Assembly: GCA_007120485.1 (NCBI GenBank)
Contig: SKNP01000165.1
Coordinates: 1 to 32,384 of the forward strand
Direction: 5' to 3'
Source: Nitriliruptoraceae bacterium
Lineage (GTDB): Bacteria > Actinomycetota > Nitriliruptoria > Nitriliruptorales > Nitriliruptoraceae
DNA length: 32,384 nucleotides
Positions 9,191 to 16,505 of this stretch are shown here, one piece after another. Under the pieces are notes generated by a model that saw only the letters and a list, made by a program, of their open reading frames with translations, was not told the DNA's origin and ran no database searches. Made by a program: the position numbers and the translations under genes. The stretch's first letter is position 1, and every line of letters begins with the position of its first letter.

Positions 9191-10098
9191 TCGGTCCCCC
9201 GACGGTCGTCCAACCGCGGGTCGAGCCGGTCACGCAGGCCGTCCCCGAGGAGGTTGAAGCCGAGCACGGCCAAGGCGATCGCCAGGCCGGGGGCGACCGC
9301 CTGCGCCGGACGGACCGCCACCAGCTCCTGCGCCTCCTGCAGCATCCGGCCCCACGACGGGGTCGGTGGCTGCGTCCCGAACCCGAGGAACGACAGGGCC
9401 GCCTCGGCGAGCACCGCGATGGCGAACGACACCGACGCCTGGACGATCACCAGCCCGGAGATGTTGGGCAGCACGTGCCGCACGGCGATCGCCAGCTTGG
9501 TCCGACCGGCCGATCGCGCCGCCAACACGTAGTCGCTGGAGAGCACCTGCAACGTCCCGCTGCGGGCGACGCGAGCGAACACCGGGATCGTGGCGATCCC
9601 GATCGCGACCATCGCGGTCAGCGTGCTCGAGCCATACACCGCGCCGAACATCACCGCCAGCAGCAGCGCGGGGAACGCCAGCAGCAGATCGTTGAACCGC
9701 ATCACGACCTCGCCGAGCACCCGCGGGCTGGAGCCCATCAGCACCCCGAGCGGGGTACCGATCAGCCCCGCGATCCCGACCGCCACCACCCCGACCAGCA
9801 ACGTGGTGCGTGCGCCGTACATCAGCCGGCTGAACACGTCGCGGCCGAACCGGTCGGTCCCGAACCAGAACTCCCCGCTGGGGCCCTGCAGCCGCTGCGC
9901 GCCCTGGACCAGCAGCGGGTCGTGCGGCGTCCAGACGAACGACAGCAACGCGACCACGACGATGGAGGCGACCAACGTCGCGCCGACCAGCAGCGACGCC
10001 GGCAAGCTCCGACGCGACCTCGTGATGCCCGGCGGGGCGTCCTCCCCGGGCACGGGCACCTGCCCGGAGGGTCCGCTCAGCGGCTGCGGCCCGCTCAT
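9187..10098 (-). CDS. ABC transporter permease (OppC/DppC-like)
   Basis: MSGPQPL.. followed by multiple hydrophobic helices and a BPD-transporter EAA-like loop (SDYVLAARSAGRTKLAIAVRHVLPN). ATG 10098 overlaps the upstream stop (ATGA). The track extension to 10746 lies inside the upstream permease gene in another frame. Confidence 0.85.
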   Translation of the reverse strand: MSGPQPLSGPSGQVPVPGEDAPPGITRSRRSLPASLLVGATLVASIVVVALLSFVWTPHDPLLVQGAQRLQGPSGEFWFGTDRFGRDVFSRLMYGARTTLLVGVVAVGIAGLIGTPLGVLMGSSPRVLGEVVMRFNDLLLAFPALLLAVMFGAVYGSSTLTAMVAIGIATIPVFARVARSGTLQVLSSDYVLAARSAGRTKLAIAVRHVLPNISGLVIVQASVSFAIAVLAEAALSFLGFGTQPPTPSWGRMLQEAQELVAVRPAQAVAPGLAIALAVLGFNLLGDGLRDRLDPRLDDRRGTE

Positions 10099-11042
10099 GC
10101 GGCCGCCCGCAGCCGTGGGTCGAGCGCGGTGTAGAGCACGTCGACGAGGTAGTTGAGCACCAGCACCGCCAGGACCAGCACCATCACCACGCCCTGGACC
10201 AGCAACAGGTCGCGGTTGGCGACGCCGTCCAGCAGCAGGCTGCCGAGGCCGGGGATGACGAACACCCGCTCGACGACGACGGCGCCGACCAGCAGCACGG
10301 CCAGCTGCAACCCGAGGATGGTGACGACCGGCACCGCCGCGTTGCGCAGCCCGTGGCGGACCAGCGCCCGTGCCGGGGTGAGCCCCTTGGCACGAGCGGT
10401 GCGCAGGAAGTCCTCCCGCAGCACGTTGAGCACGGTCGAGCGGACGTAGCGGGCGAGGACCGCCCCCTCGATGATGCCGAGCGCCAGGGCTGGCAGCAGC
10501 AGACGCCGCAGGAACTCGATCGGGTCCTGAGCTGGTGGCACCCAGCCACCGGCGGGCAGCAGCCGCCAGCTGACCGCGACCAGCCCGATCAGCAGGATGC
10601 CGGCCAGGAAGTTGGGGATGGCGATACCGACCTGGCTGACCCCGGCCAGCACCGTCCCGAGCGGTCGCCGGTGGTGCACCGCCGAGAGGGTGCCCAGCGG
10701 CACCGCGATCACCAGCGCCACCAGCATCCCGGCGCCGACCAACCACAGGCTGACCATGAGCCGATCGATGATCAGCGGACCGATGGTCGCACCGGTGACG
10801 TAGGACACCCCGAAGTCGCCGACGAACAGCCCGCCGATCCAGTCGAGGTACTGGACGGTGAGCGGCCGGTCGGTCCCGAAGCGTTCCTGCATCTCGGCCA
10901 CGGCCTCGGGGGTCGCCCCCGTGCCGAGAGCGACCTGAGCCGGATCACCCGGCAGGACCGACAGGAACCAGAAGACCATCGCCGACGCCAGCCCGAGGCT
11001 GACGAGCAGCACGAGGGTTCGTTTGGTCAGTTGGACCAGCAT
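10095..11042 (-). CDS. ABC transporter permease (OppB/DppB-like)
   Basis: MLVQLTKRTLVLLVSLGL..LPGDPAQVALG is a typical OppB N-terminus, with EAA loop EDFLRTARAKGLTPARALVRHGLRNA. 315 aa. Confidence 0.85.
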   Translation of the reverse strand: MLVQLTKRTLVLLVSLGLASAMVFWFLSVLPGDPAQVALGTGATPEAVAEMQERFGTDRPLTVQYLDWIGGLFVGDFGVSYVTGATIGPLIIDRLMVSLWLVGAGMLVALVIAVPLGTLSAVHHRRPLGTVLAGVSQVGIAIPNFLAGILLIGLVAVSWRLLPAGGWVPPAQDPIEFLRRLLLPALALGIIEGAVLARYVRSTVLNVLREDFLRTARAKGLTPARALVRHGLRNAAVPVVTILGLQLAVLLVGAVVVERVFVIPGLGSLLLDGVANRDLLLVQGVVMVLVLAVLVLNYLVDVLYTALDPRLRAAA

Positions 11043-11061
11043 CGGCGGGCGGCCAGGTCGA

Positions 11062-12657
11062 TCACGTGCGTTCCAACACCGTCAGGTCGAACATCTCGCC
11101 GACGTTGTTCTCCGGCACACCGCCGACGCGCTCGTTGGCGACCATCAGGTTCGGGGCGAGGAACAGCCAGTCGCTGGCGGCATCCTCGGAGATGATCCGG
11201 GCCACCTCGCGGTAGTTCTCCTCGAACGTCTCCTCGTCACCGCGGTCGGCTTCCGCGAGCAGGTCCTGGACCTCCGGGTTGTCGTACGCCCAGTAGAAGT
11301 CGGGGTTGCCGTACTGCGCGATGTCCCGCGGTTCGACGTGGTTGATGACCGACATGTCGTAGTCGCCCTCGGTGAACACCTCGTCGAGCCAGACGGCCGG
11401 GAACTCCAGCAGGTCGATCTCCGCGTCGATGCCGACGGCAGCCAGCTGCGACTGCACCGTCTGCGCCGCGTTGACGGCGTACGGCAGGTTCGGGACCCGG
11501 AAGTCGAGCTCGAGGTCGGCCGCACCGGCCTCCTCCAGCAAGGCTTCGGCGGCCTGAGGGTCGTAGGGATGGACGTCGGTGAGGTCCTCGTACCACGGGT
11601 CGGTCGGTGGGACCATCGAGCCGATCAACTCGCCGTAGCCACCCCAGGAGGTCTCGATGACCGACTCGCGGTCGATCGCCTGGCGGATCGCCTGGCGGAC
11701 GCGCTGGTCCTCGAACACCTCACGGTCGTGGTTGAACGACAGGACGACCTGGCCCTCGCTGGTGCCTTCGATGATCTCGAACCGGTCGTCGTCCTCGAAC
11801 TGGGACAAGCCCTCCGGCGCCTGCACCGTGCCGATCAGGTCGATGTCGTCGGCGAGCATGGCGTTGTTGAGCGCGTTGGGGTCGGCGAAGTACCGCAGGG
11901 ACACATCGTCGAACTCCGGCGCCTCGCCCCAGTAGTCCTCGTTGCTGACCAGGTCGATGCGGTCGCCACGAGCGAAGTCGTCGACCAGGTAGGGGCCGGT
12001 ACCGATCGCCTCCTCGTCCAACCCGTCCACGCCGTCCGGGGAGAACATCGCACCGATCCGCGTCGTCATGCTGAACAACCAGTTGTTGGACGGCTCCGCC
12101 AGGGTCACCCGGGCGTGCAGGTCGTCGACCACCTCGACGTCCTCGACGATGTCCATCTGGCTGGCCAGCCCGATCGTCCAGTCCTCCTGCACCCGTTCGA
12201 TCGAGAACGCGACCGCCTCCGCATCGAACGGATCACCGTTGGAGAAGGTCACCCCCTCCTCGAGGAAGAAGTCGTAGACGGTGTTGTCGTCGCTGACCTC
12301 GTAGCTCTCGGCGAGGACGGGGACGATCTCCCCGTCCTGGTCGATCTTGACCAGCGGCTCGTACACGTTGACCAGCAACGCCTCGGGGATCGCCGCGCCG
12401 TCGTCGGTGGAGAAGTCCAGGCTGGCCGGTTCCGCCGCGAACCCGATCGACAGGCCAGCGACGTCCGCACCGTTGTCGTCCGCCTCGTCCTCGTCGACGT
12501 CGTCGGTGTCGTCGGCCGGATCGTCGTCGGGCTCCTCGTCGACGTCGTCCGCCGGGTCGGCCGTGTCATCCGGATCGACGGTGTCGCCGGCGTCGCACGC
12601 CGCCAGGACCAGTGCGAACACCAGCCCGCCCAGGATCGTCCTCGTGAACCTCGCCAC
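11062..12657 (-). CDS. ABC transporter substrate-binding lipoprotein, family 5 (peptide/nickel type)
   Basis: GTG 12657 (VARFTRTILGGLVFALVLAACDAG) gives a signal peptide with lipobox LAAC and has AGGGAG about 7 nt upstream. An extremely acidic linker follows, then an SBP_bac_5-like body (..YEPLVKIDQDGEIVP..GTGPYLVDDF..). The track start at 12783 adds an Arg-rich extension with no signal peptide. Confidence 0.8.
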   Translation of the reverse strand: MARFTRTILGGLVFALVLAACDAGDTVDPDDTADPADDVDEEPDDDPADDTDDVDEDEADDNGADVAGLSIGFAAEPASLDFSTDDGAAIPEALLVNVYEPLVKIDQDGEIVPVLAESYEVSDDNTVYDFFLEEGVTFSNGDPFDAEAVAFSIERVQEDWTIGLASQMDIVEDVEVVDDLHARVTLAEPSNNWLFSMTTRIGAMFSPDGVDGLDEEAIGTGPYLVDDFARGDRIDLVSNEDYWGEAPEFDDVSLRYFADPNALNNAMLADDIDLIGTVQAPEGLSQFEDDDRFEIIEGTSEGQVVLSFNHDREVFEDQRVRQAIRQAIDRESVIETSWGGYGELIGSMVPPTDPWYEDLTDVHPYDPQAAEALLEEAGAADLELDFRVPNLPYAVNAAQTVQSQLAAVGIDAEIDLLEFPAVWLDEVFTEGDYDMSVINHVEPRDIAQYGNPDFYWAYDNPEVQDLLAEADRGDEETFEENYREVARIISEDAASDWLFLAPNLMVANERVGGVPENNVGEMFDLTVLERT

Positions 12658-12707
12658 GGTTGCACTCCCTCGCTCTCGAACTTCGTCGCGACGCCCGTCG
12701 CCCCGAA

Positions 12708-12720
12708 GCGAACGGTTCGC
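12708..12720. promoter_or_regulatory. Perfect palindrome GCGAAC-G-GTTCGC about 50 nt upstream of the binding-protein gene (operator candidate)
   Basis: Read directly from the sequence. It lies in the divergent intergenic region 12658-12875. Function is inferred only. Confidence 0.2.
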
Positions 12721-12823
12721 GGCCACCCCGCGGCGACCCTGCGACCGTAGTCGTTGGACCGACGAGCGTGGCATACGGCCCAACCAACGGCAACGGAGCG
12801 GACCGGACGGGCGACGTCCGGTG

Positions 12824-12876
12824 GGCGTCGCGCATCGGCGACGCCGGGCACCAGGTGCCTTGGTAGCGTCCGACCA
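12824..12876 (+). promoter_or_regulatory. Candidate leaderless promoter for the methyltransferase gene: inverted repeat GGCGTCGC-N6-GCGACGCC over the -35 position, and -10 TAGCGT (12864-12869) 6 nt before the ATG
   Basis: TAGCGT fits the actinobacterial TANNNT -10 box. There is no Shine-Dalgarno sequence between it and ATG 12876. The inverted repeat is at 12824-12845. Confidence 0.25.
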
Positions 12877-13724
12877 TGACCGAGGATCCGCTGGCCAGCA
12901 ACCTGGCGAACTGGGAGTCGAGGGTCCCGGTCCACGTCGCCTCGGACGCCTACGACCTCGACCGGTTCGTCACCGATCCGCACCACCTCTCGGGGGTCGT
13001 CCGCGACGATGCCGCGGCGCTCGGTGACCTCACCGGCTCGCGTGTCGCCCACCTGCAGTGCCACATCGGGACCGACACGGTGTCCCTGGCCCGCCTGGGC
13101 GCCGAGGTGGTCGGGTTGGACTTCTCGCCGTCGGCGCTGTTGGTCGCCCGCGACCTGGCGGCGCGCGCCGGAGCGGACGCGCGTTTCATCGAGGCGGACG
13201 TGCGCCACGCCGCGGCCGCGTTGGGCACCGGCTACGACCTGGTCTACACCACGGTCGGTGTCGTTGGGTGGGTCCCGTCGATGGCCGCCTGGGCGGACCA
13301 GGTGGCCTCGCTGCTGGCGCCGGGTGGCCGGCTGTACCTGCGCGACGCGCACCCGATGCTGCTGACCCTGGACGAGACCCGCGAGGACCAGCGCCTGGTG
13401 GTCACCCACCCGTACTTCGGCGACGGCCGGCCGCAACGGTGGGAGGACGAGACCAGCTACACCGGGGACGCGTCCGCGATCAGTAGCCCGGTGCACTACG
13501 AGTGGCACCATCCGCTCAGCGAGATCGTCCAGGCCGTGCTCGACGCGGGGCTTCGTCTGACCCGGTTCGTCGAGCAGGACACCCTCGACTGGGCGTTCGC
13601 GCCGTGGATGGAGACCGACGGCCACGGCCGGTACCGGCTCCCCGAGCACCAGCGTCCGTTGGTGCCGACGCAGTTCACGCTGGAGGCGGTTGCACCGGAC
13701 GGATCCGAGCGCGCCGGGGGCTGA
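12876..13724 (+). CDS. Class I SAM-dependent methyltransferase
   Basis: 282 aa. VAHLQCHIGTDTVSLARLGAEVVGLDFSPSAL (motif I-like), DLVYTTVGVVGWVP, LLAPGGRLYLRDAHP. Confidence 0.75.
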   Translation: MTEDPLASNLANWESRVPVHVASDAYDLDRFVTDPHHLSGVVRDDAAALGDLTGSRVAHLQCHIGTDTVSLARLGAEVVGLDFSPSALLVARDLAARAGADARFIEADVRHAAAALGTGYDLVYTTVGVVGWVPSMAAWADQVASLLAPGGRLYLRDAHPMLLTLDETREDQRLVVTHPYFGDGRPQRWEDETSYTGDASAISSPVHYEWHHPLSEIVQAVLDAGLRLTRFVEQDTLDWAFAPWMETDGHGRYRLPEHQRPLVPTQFTLEAVAPDGSERAGG

Positions 13725-13732
13725 CCCGCCGT

Positions 13733-14158
13733 TCAGCCCTCGTCGGGGTCGCCGGACGGACCCGGATCGTCGGAGGACGTCTCCGTGCGGCTGGAGCCGT
13801 TCGGCACATCGGGGTCGTGCTCCTCATCGGGCTCCCGCGGCACATCGGGGTCGCGCTCCTCATCGGGCTCCCGCGGGACATCGGGGTCGCGCTCGAGCCA
13901 CTCCCGGTAGAGGCGGCGCTCCGAGCGCAACCACGGGTACAGCGGTGCGACGACGATCACGACCAGCACCAGCGGCGAGACCGGCGGCACCCCGAACACG
14001 GCGGCGAACACACCGGCCAATCCCCCCGCTACGACGACCGTGGTCACCAGGGGCCCACGCATCGCCAGACGCAGCACCGAGGTGGGGCCACCGTCGACGT
14101 CCCACTGCCGGAAACGGACGCGACGCAGGAGCCCCGTGAGGCGGTCCACGAGCACCAT
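13733..14158 (-). CDS. Hypothetical small membrane protein (two predicted TM helices) with acidic, Pro-rich repeat tail
   Basis: ATG 14158 is preceded by GGAGAGG. Hydrophobic stretches are LVTTVVVAGGLAGVFAAVFGV and LVLVVIVVAPLY. The C-terminus is RDPDVPREPDEE repeated. I recognise no family. Confidence 0.55.
   Translation of the reverse strand: MVLVDRLTGLLRRVRFRQWDVDGGPTSVLRLAMRGPLVTTVVVAGGLAGVFAAVFGVPPVSPLVLVVIVVAPLYPWLRSERRLYREWLERDPDVPREPDEERDPDVPREPDEEHDPDVPNGSSRTETSSDDPGPSGDPDEG
13805..13894. repeat. 36-bp tandem repeat, about 2.5 copies, in frame inside the 13733-14158 gene
   Basis: Copies at 13805-13840 and 13841-13876 differ at one base (gtgc versus gcgc). A half copy follows at 13877-13894. 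The repeat encodes (E)RDPDVPREPDEE. Confidence 0.9.
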
Positions 14159-14305
14159 CCTCGCCTCTCCGGTCGTCCGACGTTGCTCGGGGCAAGGTAG
14201 GGACCGACCGGGGGGTCATGCCCACCCATCGAGGCAGCCAAGCGGGGCCCCGACCGGCTGCTCGCGGGTTACCGTACGTCGCCTGCGGACGGCGGACGGG
14301 AGGCC

Positions 14306-15613
14306 ATGGCCGGAACGGACACCACGACCGAAGCCGAGGAGGCCTACTCCTACCGCCAGATCTGGTGGATCGGGTTCGGGTTCCTCGGCGTCATGCTGGT
14401 CTTCTCCAAGTACAACGCGTTCCTGCCGATCCTCTACGAGGAGTTCATCTCCAGCCGGACGGTCATCGGGCTGCTGATGGGCACCGACAACCTCGTCGGT
14501 CTGCTGTTGATCCCGATCATCGGCGCCTGGTCGGACCGGTTGTCCCACCCGATGGGCCGTCGGCTGCCGTTCATCGTCATCGCGGCCCCGATCGGCGCGC
14601 TGACCTTCGCGGGCATCCCGTTCGCCGCGTCCGCGCTGTGGTCACTGATCGTCGTCGAGGTGCTGTTCACCGCCGCGATGCACAGCTACCGCGGCCCGGT
14701 GATCAGCCTGCTCCCCGACCACTGCCCGCCCGAACGCCGCTCCACCGGCAACGGGATCATCAACCTGATGGGCGGCATCGGCGCGCTGATCAGCTTCGCG
14801 GGTCTGAGCTTGCTCTACGACGTCGACCCGCGGCTGTCGTTCGGGCTCGGCGCCCTGGCCCTGCTGCTGACCAGCCTCATCGTGCTGCGCAAGGCCGACC
14901 GGCACCCGCCGTACGTCGACGCGACCACCGACACCCACCCGAGCCCGCTCCGTGACACGATCGGTGGCGTCCGACTCCTGGCGCGGCGACCCAACCGAGG
15001 CCAGCTCTACATCCTCGCGGCGATGCTCGCCTACTACATCGGCTTCGCCGGCCTCGATGCGATGTTCCCGCTCTACGCCGTCAACGAGCTCGGACTCACC
15101 CCCGGTCGGGCGGCGTTCATCCTCACCGCGTTCGTCGGATCGTTCCTGGCGTTGGCGCTGTTCGCGGGCATGATCGGGACGCGCTTCGGCAAGATCCCCG
15201 CGATGCTCACCGGCCTGGCCATCCTGCCGCTGCTGTTCCTGGCTGCGGCGCCGGTGCGGTCGATCCCGGTCCTGATCGGCATCTTCGTCGTCGGCGGGTT
15301 CGCCTGGGGGCTGGTCAACGTCCAGGCCATGCCGCTGGTGGCAGACCTGGGGGGACGCAACCGCATCGGGTTCTTCGTCGGGTTGTACTACCTGTTCACG
15401 ATGGTCGGCCAGATGCTCGGCGGTCCCGTCATCGGGGGCGCGATGGACCTGTTCGGCGATCAGGGCCTGTTCTACGGCGGTGCGGCGGCGTACGCGCTCG
15501 GGTTCGTCCTGTTGCGCCGCGGTCAGCAGCTGTTGCCGGACGATCCGGAAGCGATCGCGCGCCGCGAGGTCGCGTTGCCTACCGACGAACCCGCCGATCA
15601 CGGCACGGTCTGA
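14306..15613 (+). CDS. MFS transporter (GPH/SLC45-like subgroup)
   Basis: 435 aa with about 12 hydrophobic segments. The loop 2-3 motif GAWSDRLSHPMGRRLPF resembles glycoside/sucrose-type MFS carriers. GGGAGG lies upstream of the ATG. Confidence 0.8.
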   Translation: MAGTDTTTEAEEAYSYRQIWWIGFGFLGVMLVFSKYNAFLPILYEEFISSRTVIGLLMGTDNLVGLLLIPIIGAWSDRLSHPMGRRLPFIVIAAPIGALTFAGIPFAASALWSLIVVEVLFTAAMHSYRGPVISLLPDHCPPERRSTGNGIINLMGGIGALISFAGLSLLYDVDPRLSFGLGALALLLTSLIVLRKADRHPPYVDATTDTHPSPLRDTIGGVRLLARRPNRGQLYILAAMLAYYIGFAGLDAMFPLYAVNELGLTPGRAAFILTAFVGSFLALALFAGMIGTRFGKIPAMLTGLAILPLLFLAAAPVRSIPVLIGIFVVGGFAWGLVNVQAMPLVADLGGRNRIGFFVGLYYLFTMVGQMLGGPVIGGAMDLFGDQGLFYGGAAAYALGFVLLRRGQQLLPDDPEAIARREVALPTDEPADHGTV

Positions 15614-15635
15614 CCGCTGGCCAGCTCCGGCCGAA

Positions 15636-15667
15636 CGACACGGACGAACCTCGCGTCCTGCGTGTCG
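15636..15667. terminator. Imperfect GC-rich hairpin between convergent genes (possible bidirectional terminator, no U-tract)
   Basis: CGACACG-GACG..CGTC-CTG-CGTGTCG lies between the MFS stop (15613) and the GAF-ANTAR stop (15683). Confidence 0.25.
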
Positions 15668-15682
15668 GGTCGTGGCCGCAGG

Positions 15683-16426
15683 TCAGGCCCGCAGGTCGGC
15701 CGCGCTCAACTCACCGGCAACCACGGCCCGGGCGACATCGCTGAGCTTGTGGTTGGCGTTGCGCGCGTGTCCTCGGAGCCGCGCGAACGCCTCTTCCATG
15801 GGCAGCTTCGCCTGCTCGGAGACGATGCCCTTGGCCTGCTCGATACCGATCCGGCTGTGCAGGGCCCCCTGGAGCTGCTCGGTCACCGTGTGCGCACGGT
15901 CCAACTGACGTTGCTGGAGCAGTCCGATGGTGGCCACGTCAGCCATCGCCTGGACCACCGCGAGGTCCGATTCGTCGAGGCCGCCGACCTCGGTCCTGAA
16001 GAGGTTCATCGCACCCAGGATCTCCCCACGGAGCCGGAGCGGCACCGCTTGCGCCGAACGGAAGCCGGTCGCGAGGGCTCGGTCGACGAACAGCGGCCAG
16101 CGGTGTCGAGCGTCGGCGAGGTCGTCGACCGCGATCGCTTCACCGGTGGTGAAGCAGTCCTGGCACGGCCCTTCGCGGTTCTGGACCTGGAAGAGCTCGA
16201 GCAGGTGGCTGCGCTCGTCCGACGAGGCCATGAACCGCAGAGCGCCGGTCTCGTCGGCGAGCAGGATGCCGACCTCCGAGGCGATGCTCACCTCCACGAC
16301 CCGCTCACTGAGCATCGAGAGGAACTCGACGACGTCGAAGTCCTCGACGAGCGTGTCCGCGAGGTCGACGAAGGTGTCGACGAGGCGGTGTTGGAGCCCG
16401 GTGCGGATATCGCTGGACGGATCCAT
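15683..16426 (-). CDS. GAF + ANTAR domain RNA-binding antitermination-type regulator
   Basis: 247 aa. The N-terminal region is GAF-like. The C-terminal ANTAR region is LQGALHSRIGIEQAKGIVSEQAKLPMEEAFARLRGHARNANHKLSDVARAVV. AGGGAAG lies 8 nt upstream of the ATG. Confidence 0.8.
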   Translation of the reverse strand: MDPSSDIRTGLQHRLVDTFVDLADTLVEDFDVVEFLSMLSERVVEVSIASEVGILLADETGALRFMASSDERSHLLELFQVQNREGPCQDCFTTGEAIAVDDLADARHRWPLFVDRALATGFRSAQAVPLRLRGEILGAMNLFRTEVGGLDESDLAVVQAMADVATIGLLQQRQLDRAHTVTEQLQGALHSRIGIEQAKGIVSEQAKLPMEEAFARLRGHARNANHKLSDVARAVVAGELSAADLRA

Positions 16427-16447
16427 CGCGGCTACTTCCCTGGACGC

Positions 16448-16468
16448 GCAGCCGGCGAAGCCGGCTGC
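16448..16468 (-). other. Perfect 9-bp stem / 3-nt loop hairpin (GCAGCCGGC-GAA-GCCGGCTGC) between the two GAF-ANTAR genes
   Basis: Read directly from the sequence. No U-tract follows on the minus strand, so it is not a canonical intrinsic terminator. Confidence 0.5.
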
Positions 16469-16505
16469 TCCGAGGTTACGGGGCGAGGTGTCGCGCGGCG
16501 AGCGA

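Noticed and set aside
12708-12720. GCGAAC-G-GTTCGC considered as a LexA SOS box.
   Set aside because: The actinobacterial SOS box has GAAC-N4-GTTC spacing, and here the half-sites are separated by one base. It is retained only as a generic operator candidate.
11023-12750. 575-aa plus-strand ORF. Similar long ORFs are at 21463-24330 (955 aa), 30584-32239 (551 aa), 28898-30526 (542 aa), 12249-13649 (466 aa), 3658-4731, 6198-7571 and 14642-15601.
   Set aside because: All lie antisense to or out of frame with genes that have clear family motifs. Their translations are Arg/Pro/Gly/Val/Asp/His-rich with no recognisable motifs. This is the classic shadow-ORF artefact of GC3-biased DNA, where stop codons are rare in every frame.
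13805-13894. Tandem repeats considered as a CRISPR or minisatellite array. The repeat at 27796-27870 was considered the same way.
   Set aside because: The units are contiguous with no unique spacers. They are in frame within coding sequences and have only 2-2.5 copies. No cas genes are present.
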